Made by a program: the position numbers and the translations under genes. DNA of 64,000 nt from an uncultured virus (IMG/VR IMGVR_UViG_3300032250_000289) (lineage: Duplodnaviria; Heunggongvirae; Uroviricota; Caudoviricetes), in the IMG/VR virus record IMGVR_UViG_3300032250_000289; one strand, given 5' to 3'. The notes below the pieces were generated by a model. The model saw only the letters and a list, made by a program, of their open reading frames with translations. It did no database searches and was not told where the DNA came from. The stretch's first letter is position 1, and each line of letters starts with the position of its first letter. Shown here piece after piece: positions 1-10,000 of the stretch.

Positions 1-10
1 AATATCCTTA

Positions 11-439
11 ATGCTAAACGAGGGATTGCAATCAAAAACATTATCAGATGCTAGTATTTTTTATGATGGAATAGGACACAATCCATACCCAGTAGTTTGT
101 GGAATGTTTAATTCAACCGATATATGGAATTTTGATGGAAACTTAATAGCCACATCGTATACTACTTCTGAAAAAGCTCTTAATATAGTGAATAATTTTT
201 CATTGTTTTATTATTACGGGTGGGAAAATTTTAAGAATACAATGGGCTTACTAAGGCTAGCTAATGATGATAGAGTCAGTATAGTGTGTAGAAGCGAACA
301 AGATCATAAAGAACTATACAGGTTAACTGGAAAAAACAGCGTTGGTATTAGTGACAATTTTAACGATATATTAGACATTATTTCTAGGTGTAAAAATGGA
401 CGATGCAAAAATAGTCGAAATGTATGTAGACAAGAATAA
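11..439 (+). CDS. hypothetical protein, probably 5'-truncated by the window edge
   Basis: 142-aa ORF starting at the window edge and overlapping the next gene; no recognisable motif. Confidence 0.55.
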   Translation: MLNEGLQSKTLSDASIFYDGIGHNPYPVVCGMFNSTDIWNFDGNLIATSYTTSEKALNIVNNFSLFYYYGWENFKNTMGLLRLANDDRVSIVCRSEQDHKELYRLTGKNSVGISDNFNDILDIISRCKNGRCKNSRNVCRQE

Positions 440-1163
440 AAGCACTTACGAGATTGCTGAATTCTGTCAAACATATCCGAATAAAATTAGACGTATTCTA
501 TTAAAGAATAACGTTAATCTAAAAACTAAAAGCGAAGCTCAAAAGAACGCTATAGAGAGTGGGGCTTCTATACATCCAACTAGTGGAAAAACAAGAACTA
601 AAGAAGAGAAACTAAAAATTAGTTCTGGTCTTAAAAAATATTGGGACGATATGAGCGATGAGTTATATGAGAACAGAATTAATCAGTCTAAAGATCGTTG
701 GAAGAATATGTCGGATGTTGAGAAGAGCAACATGATGAGTGCTGCAATTAAAGCTATACAAATAGCTGGCAAAGAAGGGTCTAAGCTAGAGAAGTTTCTG
801 AAAAATGAATTAAGTGTTGCTGGCTATTCTGTCGAAGCTCATAAAAAGGATTTGATCGCAAACCAAAATCTAGAGATCGATATGTACATTCCAGCGCTCA
901 AGACTATCATAGAGATAGACGGTCCTTCACACTTTTTGCCGATTTGGGGTGAAGACAAACTACAAAAACAAATTAAATCTGATTTTCAAAAGAGTGGTCT
1001 AATATTAAATAAGGGAATGGTTATCATTAGAATCAAGAATATGTCTGATTCTGTATGTTTAGCAAGCCAAGAAAAATTGAGGCTTGACATTTTGAATCTT
1101 TTGAGTAGAATTGAAAAAGCGTTCCCCGGTAAAACAGAAAGGTATATTGAGATAGAAGTATGA
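396..1163 (+). CDS. HTH/NUMOD3-like DNA-binding region fused to Vsr/DUF559-type PD-(D/E)xK endonuclease (homing endonuclease-like)
   Basis: N-terminal STYEIAEFCQTYPNKIRRIL (HTH-like), GKTRTKEEKLKIS (NUMOD3-like), C-terminal EIDMYIPALKTIIEIDGPSH typical of Vsr/DUF559 nucleases. Confidence 0.75.
   Translation: MDDAKIVEMYVDKNKSTYEIAEFCQTYPNKIRRILLKNNVNLKTKSEAQKNAIESGASIHPTSGKTRTKEEKLKISSGLKKYWDDMSDELYENRINQSKDRWKNMSDVEKSNMMSAAIKAIQIAGKEGSKLEKFLKNELSVAGYSVEAHKKDLIANQNLEIDMYIPALKTIIEIDGPSHFLPIWGEDKLQKQIKSDFQKSGLILNKGMVIIRIKNMSDSVCLASQEKLRLDILNLLSRIEKAFPGKTERYIEIEV
1084..1111 (+). promoter_or_regulatory. candidate sigma70-type promoter upstream of the annealing-protein gene
   Basis: TTGACA (1084-1089), 16-nt spacer, TAGAAT (1106-1111), about 50 nt before the ATG at 1160; lies inside the upstream CDS. 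Confidence 0.45.
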
Positions 1164-1921
1164 ATACAAACGAAGAAGACTTGTTCGCCAACGTTCAGTT
1201 GCAGACCCCATCAAACACTAATACATCGGTAAAGAATATGATTGAATCAAGTGCCCCATCAATGCTATCAGTAGAGTGGCATGATTATGCTATGGGCTTA
1301 TTTGATTCATCAGAGCTTATCGATGGTCATCCTCTAGTGGCTGGACTAAGGCGTGTGTCAGAGCTTGTGCTTGGTCCAATTGTTTTTAGTGGGCCAACAC
1401 AGGTATTTCCAGTTCAACGAGAGGATCATCACGGTCGAGCTACCGTTATATTCTCAGTAGAATTTGCTAATGGTATGAGATATGCTGAAGTTGCTGACTC
1501 TTGGGAAGGTAATACTGACGATATGTTTTGTGCATATGCCGTCGCCATTGCTAGTACAAGAGCAGAAGCTAGAGCTTTGCGAAAGGCTTTAAAGATCAAG
1601 GGTGTCGCTGCCGAAGAACTAACTAAGAAGGATACAGCTAAGATTGTTAGAGAGATTTCTAATAACAAAGCTAGTAGCGATGGTGATTATAATGATCAGA
1701 GTCGCATGAGCGATGCCCAGTTTAATTTTATCGATGTAAAATGCAAGCAACTTAATATAGATGGTGCTAAGTTGTTTGGCTCATTTAATGTTAGTCCATC
1801 AAAGAAGGTTTCTAAGAAAATAGCAAGTGATATTATCGACAAATTGAATGATTATCAGCGTGATAAGAGTTCGATTGTAGAAGCATTATTAGGTTATCAA
1901 CAGGAGTGGCGTAACACATGA
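1160..1921 (+). CDS. Sak/Rad52-like single-strand annealing recombination protein
   Basis: AIASTRAEARALRKAL followed by AAEEL resembles the conserved helix of Rad52/Sak-type phage annealases; C-terminal SDAQ...SKKIASDIIDKL helical domain. Confidence 0.65.
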   Translation: MNTNEEDLFANVQLQTPSNTNTSVKNMIESSAPSMLSVEWHDYAMGLFDSSELIDGHPLVAGLRRVSELVLGPIVFSGPTQVFPVQREDHHGRATVIFSVEFANGMRYAEVADSWEGNTDDMFCAYAVAIASTRAEARALRKALKIKGVAAEELTKKDTAKIVREISNNKASSDGDYNDQSRMSDAQFNFIDVKCKQLNIDGAKLFGSFNVSPSKKVSKKIASDIIDKLNDYQRDKSSIVEALLGYQQEWRNT

Positions 1922-2253
1922 AGATTACATATACAACAAAGAATGGTAGAATCAGTGCGGAGATTGAGGGCGAGTCACAGAAAGACTTGTTTACTGAACT
2001 TAGTCGTTTCCAAGAAGTATTTGAGGAAACGGTCTGTGGTAAGTGTGGTTCAGACGATGTGAAGTTTATTGTTCGCACGGTTGAGGATAACCAGTATTAT
2101 GAACTACGCTGCACAAAGTGTGGTGCTAGACTAGCGTTTGGTGTTCATAAGAAGGGTGGCGGGTTATTCCCAAAGCGTAAGGATACAGATGGTAAGTGGC
2201 TACCAGATGGTGGCTGGGTAAAGTGGAATCCAAAGACTGAGCAGGCTGAATAA
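1918..2253 (+). CDS. zinc-ribbon protein
   Basis: CGKC and CTKC pairs; ATGA overlap with the upstream stop indicates translational coupling. Confidence 0.7.
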   Translation: MKITYTTKNGRISAEIEGESQKDLFTELSRFQEVFEETVCGKCGSDDVKFIVRTVEDNQYYELRCTKCGARLAFGVHKKGGGLFPKRKDTDGKWLPDGGWVKWNPKTEQAE

Positions 2254-2537
2254 TGAAGTATATTTATGCGGCAATTATTGCTCTTTGTTCAACAACTGGA
2301 TATAGTTATGAAACACTAGTTCCAGTAACAGTTTATACTCAGCCAGTTTTGGTTCAGCCTCAACCGGTACAAGTTATGGTGTATTATGCACCAGCTTTTA
2401 CCGTGACTGTTCCAGTGCCAGCACAGGTAGTTCCAGTATACACAGTTCATCCAACAGTGTATTGGGGCTATCCATATCAACCCGCTGGAAGTAATTATTG
2501 GCACCACAGGTGCAGGCTGTTTAATTTTAACTATTAA
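2253..2537 (+). CDS. small secreted/membrane Pro-Val-Tyr-rich protein
   Basis: Signal-peptide-like N-terminus MKYIYAAIIALCS, then low-complexity P/V/Y/Q; TAATG overlap with the upstream gene. Confidence 0.6.
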   Translation: MKYIYAAIIALCSTTGYSYETLVPVTVYTQPVLVQPQPVQVMVYYAPAFTVTVPVPAQVVPVYTVHPTVYWGYPYQPAGSNYWHHRCRLFNFNY

Positions 2538-2560
2538 ACCGCTTCACGGGGCCGGTAATT

Positions 2561-2600
2561 AAAATAAATTGGGGGGTGGGTAAAACCGCCCCCCTTTTAT
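2561..2600. terminator. bidirectional intrinsic terminator between convergent gene blocks
   Basis: GGGGGGTGG-GTAAAA-CCGCCCCCC hairpin (2571-2594), followed by TTTT on plus and preceded by AAAATAAATT (U-rich on minus). Confidence 0.8.
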
Positions 2601-3310
2601 TATAGGTACTCTACGGTGAAGTAAAGGCCGTAATTGGTCTTACTACCGATAGTATCTGGCTCTGAACTAAGAGCAGCGTACCAATCGTGTCTAGCTGATG
2701 AGTGCAAGCTACCATCCCTAGTAACATAACCAAGGGTTGTGTCTGTGTCTTGGGAATTAGTATTAAGACCACTCATGCCGGGAGAAGATGTAAATGCCAT
2801 ATCTTGCATAGCAATGGCGGGATCATATTCCTGCCAAGAGTATGGGCTGCGTCCACGATGATTTAAGCTGGTTTTATTGGCATCTGTAGATGGATGCCTA
2901 GCTTCGTAAACATAAGTTGTTACGCCAACAGCATTATTTGCTATATTTGTACGATCATAAATGCGCAACTTACAGTTTTGAACCTTAACAGCCTCTGTGT
3001 GTGTAAATCTAATATTAAGAGGGCATAGATAATTAGGCAATTTATCTAGATTTAATATAACGCCATTACTACTAGTAGTTCCAGCAGTGTTATTATCGCC
3101 CGAGGTAACTTTGGCTGTATTATTAAGTCTAGCGCCTTCACTTGTACCATTAGCATTTGTAATATAGGTTGTGGTTTGCTGCGATCCAATGGGTACGGAA
3201 ACGCCAAATGCGCTTCCATAAAAACCCAAACCAGAGCCACCAGTATGATTAATCAATGACCCATCGCCACCTTGGTCTTTTATATTACCATAAAATTTTA
3301 TTTCAGCCAT
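2600..3310 (-). CDS. putative virion structural protein
   Basis: 236 aa, G/S/T/N-rich, GGAG RBS, preceded by the conserved late motif; last gene of the structural block. Confidence 0.55.
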   Translation of the reverse strand: MAEIKFYGNIKDQGGDGSLINHTGGSGLGFYGSAFGVSVPIGSQQTTTYITNANGTSEGARLNNTAKVTSGDNNTAGTTSSNGVILNLDKLPNYLCPLNIRFTHTEAVKVQNCKLRIYDRTNIANNAVGVTTYVYEARHPSTDANKTSLNHRGRSPYSWQEYDPAIAMQDMAFTSSPGMSGLNTNSQDTDTTLGYVTRDGSLHSSARHDWYAALSSEPDTIGSKTNYGLYFTVEYL

Positions 3311-3335
3311 AGAAATCTCCCTATAAATTGTGGTT

Positions 3336-3351
3336 CTAGTATATAATACAC
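3336..3351 (-). promoter_or_regulatory. GTGTATW-N6-TAG motif copy (candidate late promoter)
   Basis: Minus strand GTGTATTATATACTAG, intergenic, about 25 nt before the ATG at 3310. Confidence 0.7.
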
Positions 3352-3356
3352 GAAAA

Positions 3357-6300
3357 TTATCCAGCTTTCATTTCTAATGTGACGTACTGAGGAAAGCGAC
3401 CTATAGTTAATTTTGTTTGAGACTGAGTAATAGTGAATAGAATATCATTGTGAAAATGATAAAAAGCTTCATATTTTCCATTACCGTTATTTTCTAGCTG
3501 CACAGACGTTACTAATTCTCCAGCGGCCTCTTTTTCACCCATAGAACTACCAATAGTAAGTCTTTGTATATTTTTAAGCCTATCTTGTGGGCCAATATCT
3601 TTTTGAATAATATCGTATGCAATAGCGCCAGTACACTCAATTTTTAACCCCGTTCCATTCGTACTTGTAACAGACGTTTGTGTAAGCGTAGTTTTAAAAT
3701 CTTCTGGGGTGAAACCTTCACCAATCGTATAATTACCATCCTTATCTATAAATGAAATACCTGTTACCCCACCCTGACCATCAATAGCCGTTACCCTGCA
3801 CTGAGCCTTATTGATAAATTTAACAACGTCATCTATAGCATAATTTTTACCAGCATTTGCAATAGTTAATTGTGAAACATTATTAGGATCTACAAGAGCA
3901 ATAATCCTTTTATAATATCTAAAACCTCCACCGGTTAATAGCTGACCCCTTCGTATTGGATTAACTCTCCACTCGCTTGGTTTTCTTAAAGCTGCATCTA
4001 ATCCAGTAACACCATTTTTAGTAATAGTTGTTCCAGCCGGGATAATTTGATTATCTGAACTAGATGTTTTTGGATTACAGGTTGTTGGTATTCTAAAATC
4101 AACAGAGCTTGTTGCTGTGTCAATATTTCTTTGATATGCCGATGGTGCGCCGCTTGCTGGAGTCCACGAAGTATCTTTAAAAACAAATCCCACATCTTTT
4201 ACTGAGCTTTGAACATTCCAACCAAGTTGGTCTGGATTAAAATGTAAAACTGAAAAATACCGTCCATCATAAAATGTTTGCTCGTCTGGCCATTGATCAA
4301 AAATTCTAACATGTAATGTAGTTGTCCCAAAATCAGTGTAATTATCACCTATTGATCCCCAGTTTTTCTTGGAATAATTTTTAGCTCCTGTAAATGGATC
4401 TTGAAGAATAACGCCTAGAATAACTGATATAGTTCCACCACCACCACCAGCAGCTTGATAGTCTGGGGAAAGACCAGAATATTGTTTTGTTGTAAAATTT
4501 ACTGTTGCTCCCGGCTGAGTTACAAATTTATTTTTAGCGGCGATAATACCAACGACATTAGCTCTTTCTCTACCGTCAACATTTGGAAAAATTCCCGGCC
4601 CACCAGTTGGACTATTACTATATGATGGGTATGGAACTTGATCCCCATATTTAATATGTGGAATATTTTGTGGGTTAGGCGATAGATCACCTCTACCATT
4701 TCTCCAAAAGAAATACTCCCCCCATAAATTAGATGTAGAAAATCTATCTTGTAAAATATCTGCTCTAAAATATGTTGCGCCTTTAAATTGTGGGACTATA
4801 TTATTTTCAGCAACACCAGCCGTCTTTTGTTGAGCCGGTGTAAGGTAAGCGTCATTCAAAGCAAATTCTGTTTGCAGTGGCGAAAATTGTATTCTGTTTG
4901 GTTTAACTGGCGTAAAGCCATAAAATGGGGTAATCCCACTAACAGATCCAGATACTGCCAACCACTCATATCTACTAGGCCAAGTTCTATAACTATAGAA
5001 TTTATCCAAAAGATTCCCGTTAGTTGATAGTGTGTTAATTGTTCCTCTTATGTTCTCTATTGGGCTACCATTTGTGGAGTTGACACTTCCATTTAATGCT
5101 ACTTCTGCTGGTAATTGTTTTAAATTTGCATCATTAACATCATAAAACAAATAATTTGTAGTATTTTTCTGCATATTTTCATCAATCCCAAGCGAAAGAA
5201 CATTTGGTTCTGACAATGGATCAAGATTACTTAAAAAATAATTTGGAGTATTTAGATACTGTCCGCTGCGAGTGCGTTTTTTGTTATCACTTCTATTTTT
5301 CTTAAAGTCTGCAACTTGAGCGGCATTATATCCATCTGGAAATAGTGGACCCCAAAATCCAGCTAATTTTTCATAGTCTCCAGCGTCTGTAGTGGCCGAC
5401 TGTCCGTTTGGACATACTTCTACGTTAGTTCTACTAACAACATTACCATTTGCATTTAATCCACCCATATGTGTACCAAGATTATCAAAAATACTAGATT
5501 GATAATAACCACTACTTGGGTAAAAATCATACGCAGACGAATTGGGTAGAGATGAAACGGATAATGTTGCTGAATCAGAATCTGCTGTGTCAAGATTTAG
5601 GTTCAGTAATGCTAATTTTAAGTTGTCGTTTACGGTAGTATTACTTCCTAGTTTTGTGAGATTTTTTATTGCATCATTCGCAATATTTGGTACATCAGAA
5701 ATTGTGTTATTTTGAAGATTTGCTAAACTCATATAGTATTTTATTCTTATTTTTGATTCATAAGAATCTGGCGTAACCATAACATTTGGAGAACCGATTG
5801 TTGCGAATCGATTATCTTTGAAATAAACGGAACTATCAGCAATATATTTTTGAAAAAACCATTTGCTAATTTTAGTTTCAACTGGCGTGATTACCGGAGT
5901 ATCGAATCCTTGCATAATCCATTCACTATCAAGCATACTACACATTATAATGTCATGCTTTTTAAAGCCTCTTGGTGATCTATTTACTACTCTAATTTTT
6001 TCTTTCTCATTATTACAATCACTTTTTATATTCGGACCAAACATATGTGGATTACAGTTCTCCAAACACAGCGGCATGGCTGTACCCACTGTAAATTGGG
6101 ACATATAATTAACAGAATCAGAGTCATATAAAGCGTCTGATGATAAATTATCTACAGCATCTAAGTCTGGTATCAACCTTGGTACTGGTGCTGGATCAAC
6201 GTCTGTTAATAATCTTGCTAACATTTGTTGAGTTCCAGATTCCCACATTCCTAAACTTTTATTAAATGTCATTTTTAAAGGGGCGGCAACGGTGTTCTTG

Positions 6301-7016
6301 GGATCATTTGTACCAGCTTCTGTTGGCTCATTATAAGCACCAACATTGGTAGATGAACTTGTGGATGACCAACCATACTTACCACCAGATGCTCGTCTAG
6401 GAATACCAACAATCATTTTATTGTCTTGTTTTTCTGCAACAACCCTGTCGTTATTTCTATTAACTTTATCTTGGAAAAATACTTTTATCTCAGCAGTTCT
6501 TGTTTCTCCACGAACAAAAAAATATGGAGTGTAACTCAGACACCCAGATGAGGAATTTTGTATATTATTGATGGTGTTAACTATTTTATCTTTTTCGGCT
6601 GGCACACTATCCCAATACCCATATTCTGCCCAATCGTGTTGCCTACATAAGCCTACTAATCCGCTTCCCCCATCAATACTATTGAAAATATCTGTTTGTC
6701 CAGTTTTCATGTTATATTTTTTAGTATCACTATTAAATGCTAATATTTGAAAATCTATTAACTTGCTTTGTTCGCCAATTAAACATTTTAACGCAAAGTC
6801 TGCATAAGATTCTGGTATTTCGCTAGTAGAACCTCCAGCCTCAATAGGAGTTTGTGAAAAAAATTCTTTTAATTTATTTCTATTTTCTTGAAAATAACCG
6901 GATATAGATGATATTGTAAAAGAAGATAATCCTAGTAATGCTAATGATGGATCATCAGTTGTAAATAGGTGTAGCCCTCTATCAGTATTATTTAAATTTC
7001 CTTGAAATAATCCCAT
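3357..7016 (-). CDS. putative tail-tip/virion structural protein
   Basis: 1219 aa downstream of the tape measure; C-terminal TIANAGKNY...GGVTGISF...GEGF beta-rich motif seen in phage virion proteins. Confidence 0.55.
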   Translation of the reverse strand: MGLFQGNLNNTDRGLHLFTTDDPSLALLGLSSFTISSISGYFQENRNKLKEFFSQTPIEAGGSTSEIPESYADFALKCLIGEQSKLIDFQILAFNSDTKKYNMKTGQTDIFNSIDGGSGLVGLCRQHDWAEYGYWDSVPAEKDKIVNTINNIQNSSSGCLSYTPYFFVRGETRTAEIKVFFQDKVNRNNDRVVAEKQDNKMIVGIPRRASGGKYGWSSTSSSTNVGAYNEPTEAGTNDPKNTVAAPLKMTFNKSLGMWESGTQQMLARLLTDVDPAPVPRLIPDLDAVDNLSSDALYDSDSVNYMSQFTVGTAMPLCLENCNPHMFGPNIKSDCNNEKEKIRVVNRSPRGFKKHDIIMCSMLDSEWIMQGFDTPVITPVETKISKWFFQKYIADSSVYFKDNRFATIGSPNVMVTPDSYESKIRIKYYMSLANLQNNTISDVPNIANDAIKNLTKLGSNTTVNDNLKLALLNLNLDTADSDSATLSVSSLPNSSAYDFYPSSGYYQSSIFDNLGTHMGGLNANGNVVSRTNVEVCPNGQSATTDAGDYEKLAGFWGPLFPDGYNAAQVADFKKNRSDNKKRTRSGQYLNTPNYFLSNLDPLSEPNVLSLGIDENMQKNTTNYLFYDVNDANLKQLPAEVALNGSVNSTNGSPIENIRGTINTLSTNGNLLDKFYSYRTWPSRYEWLAVSGSVSGITPFYGFTPVKPNRIQFSPLQTEFALNDAYLTPAQQKTAGVAENNIVPQFKGATYFRADILQDRFSTSNLWGEYFFWRNGRGDLSPNPQNIPHIKYGDQVPYPSYSNSPTGGPGIFPNVDGRERANVVGIIAAKNKFVTQPGATVNFTTKQYSGLSPDYQAAGGGGGTISVILGVILQDPFTGAKNYSKKNWGSIGDNYTDFGTTTLHVRIFDQWPDEQTFYDGRYFSVLHFNPDQLGWNVQSSVKDVGFVFKDTSWTPASGAPSAYQRNIDTATSSVDFRIPTTCNPKTSSSDNQIIPAGTTITKNGVTGLDAALRKPSEWRVNPIRRGQLLTGGGFRYYKRIIALVDPNNVSQLTIANAGKNYAIDDVVKFINKAQCRVTAIDGQGGVTGISFIDKDGNYTIGEGFTPEDFKTTLTQTSVTSTNGTGLKIECTGAIAYDIIQKDIGPQDRLKNIQRLTIGSSMGEKEAAGELVTSVQLENNGNGKYEAFYHFHNDILFTITQSQTKLTIGRFPQYVTLEMKAG

Positions 7017-7029
7017 AATTTAAACCTCT

Positions 7030-10000
7030 TTATACCGTATGACTTGTTATGTTGCTTGGAACCGTTGCGCCATCTGTGTAATATAATTTATCTTTTGCTC
7101 CCGCCATTGGGTCTGGCCTATATGCCATGTTTGGATGATAAGGATCATGTGAAGCTGGGGCATAATTTTCATCCATAGATTGAGCGGCTGAATTATAGTA
7201 ATTTTGTCTTAGGGTTGACTGATCTGGAAAATTTTCCGCTGTTTGTGAAAGCGTATCAGTATTTTGCATGGAAACAGATGTTCCATTAATGTTTTGATTT
7301 ATTGGCCCACCATCTCCAACTGCTCCAAAATTTGATCCATATGCGCCACCGCCATTAGGACTATAAACTTGTTGATTTGTTCTGGAATTACTAGCAACCA
7401 TTAAATTTGGTGATGATGATCGATTATTATTTGCAATATAAGAATTATTGTTGTTCATACTATTGAATAAACCCTCTTGAACTGTTTTGTAATTTAATCC
7501 TCTTTGTGATTTTCCTAGTCCTTTTCTAATTAGAGCATTTTTTTCATCTTTCAGCTTTTGTCTTTCTCTACTTAATTTTGAAATAGCATCTTGTTTTTGT
7601 TTTTGTAATTTGCCAAAACTAGCGGTATATAAATCTAACTTGTATGTTGTTTTTATACCATTGCTACTAATATCCACATTAATATTAGTTACTAATGGTC
7701 CTCCTTGAATAAGAGCTTTACATAGAGAGACTCCCTCTGGAGCGTCTGGAACTACGAAACCTCCTCTTTCAGAAAATAAAAGCATACTATTTGAAAACTC
7801 TGCCTGTGTTCTACCTGCATAATTAAGAAGTTGGTATCCCTCAAAGTTCCAAGGAGCTAAATTCTCATCTTTTATAAATTCAACTCGTCCACCGATATTC
7901 TGATAAACACTAGCTTGACCATCTAGCTGAGAAGAAACCCAAGGACCATAACATCTTTCTTTAGACATTAACGGTAAAACTACTAAATCTGGATAAACTG
8001 GGGATGGCATAATCGCATTAATTTGGTATGGTTCAGCGAATGATAAATTTGCTATCGCCTCTTTTGCGGCAAGAAAAGCTTGATCAGCGGCGGCGGTTGG
8101 TATAATCCCCTTAAATCTATCAAGAATTCTTGTTGGGGCATTTCTAGACTGTGAAGGTAAATCGAATCCTCTAACATTTTTAACAGTATCCATTGTCAAG
8201 AAGTGTTTTACTTTTTCAGCATTATCTTGCTGCATTGGACCATCTCTAAATCTTGCATCCTGCGTTGGTTGAATTTTTCCCGGTAGTGTTATGAGGGCAT
8301 AAACATGATCTGTATCTAAATCTTCCAAATTTGTATTAATTATATCACTGTCAAATAAAGCGTTGTATCTATATTTGAAGTCAAGTATTTGATACTTATG
8401 ATCTTCATCATCAAGTACACCGCTAGTTGGAACAAAATGGGCCATATAGTATGGTATACTATCAACATAATCATTAATTGGGCAAGGTTGATAAATTTTT
8501 ACTGGCTTAGACATTCTACCGATATCTCTAACCTGTGTTCCATACACATATGTTTCTCTTGCAGACATTTTTGGTGGCATATAGAATCTATCATCAATAT
8601 CACACTTTACGAACACTACAGATTCAACTTGAGTCTGATCACGATTAGCGTCAGTGTATGGGGTTGGAAAACTATTAAATCTATCTGCTTTGGTATTATC
8701 TAAACTATCACCTAAATCGGGAATCATGGCGTTGGCGACTACAGACTGTTGAGTATAACTATCTGGACTTAATCCATCTAAACCTAAGTTTTGACTATGA
8801 TCAAATCTAACATACGCCGACACTCTTCCATTATCACTTATGAAGTTTGTTAAATCTTGCGGAACAAATAAGCACCGAACACCTAGTGGCTTATTATCGT
8901 AACTTACAATTCCACTCACTTGGCTAAAAGTCATAACATTGTCGTATAAATCAAAATTGAAATATCCACCATCTTTACTAGGAGTGTAGTTATATTCATG
9001 AATATCAGCTATTGGATTATAATTAACAGCTAACGCCCCAGCGTATCGTGCAGAATTGGGTAACGCACCAGAAGATAAAAATGTATGAAACATATGATCA
9101 GCGTTTGGATTAAATGGTGCTTTATCCTGCTGTACTGTTAATTTAAATGCTTGAGAAAATTCATAACCTATACCAGAATTTATTGGTAATGGTCTAAAAC
9201 CAAACATCCCACTAGCAAATTCATTAACTTTATTACTTATCTCTTGTCCACCATAATCTTTTAATGCTAATCCGCTAGTGTAAAACAAATTTACTTCTTT
9301 GGGAATTTTAACCAAAAACTTTTTACCAAGGCATTCTTCGGCAATTTGCTTAACAAAATTGTAAACCCTCATAGCATTTTCTGTACTCTTTTTTGCTAGT
9401 TTTGGTAGAATTTGAAATGATTTACTCATTGCCGTAACGTTGTTTTCAATTAAACCAATAGTTTTTTCTATTGTCGAAGAGTCATTAGAATTTAATAGTG
9501 TTTTTATGTGTTGAAAATATTCTTTCTCAGCTTCGCTTAAACCCATAGGACTTTTTGATAAATCTTCTAATCTGTTCCACTCAGAGTTTATTAAAGCTTT
9601 AAAATTTTCTTCATCTGAAGATTTTAATTGAGCTAAATTAGTAACCATAGTAGTTAATCTAGCAGAAATTTCTGTTAGTCCAGCTTCTGGTATACCTATC
9701 TTAGTTGCTCTTTTATAGTAAAGGGGATATCCATATGGTGGATTACATGGACTCTTTGGTAAATGGTCTGACCCAAACTGTGCATATTGATTACCGTTAA
9801 CATAAGACGGGAATACCGACCTCGGAACACTTACTGCATAGTTATTGGATATATTTACTCCGTTTGGAGCATGGGGAACATTATTTCCACCAAATGGAAT
9901 ATTTGGAGTTGATTGAATGGCGGCAATTTCTTCAGCATCTCCCTGCTCAACAGACTCCATATATAAATCGTTGTATGTTAATAGAAAATTTTTCCATCGC

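Noticed and set aside
2538..2600. tRNA or other structured ncRNA in the convergent gap
   Set aside because: The gap is about 60 nt and is explained by the terminator hairpin; no cloverleaf or T-loop motif.
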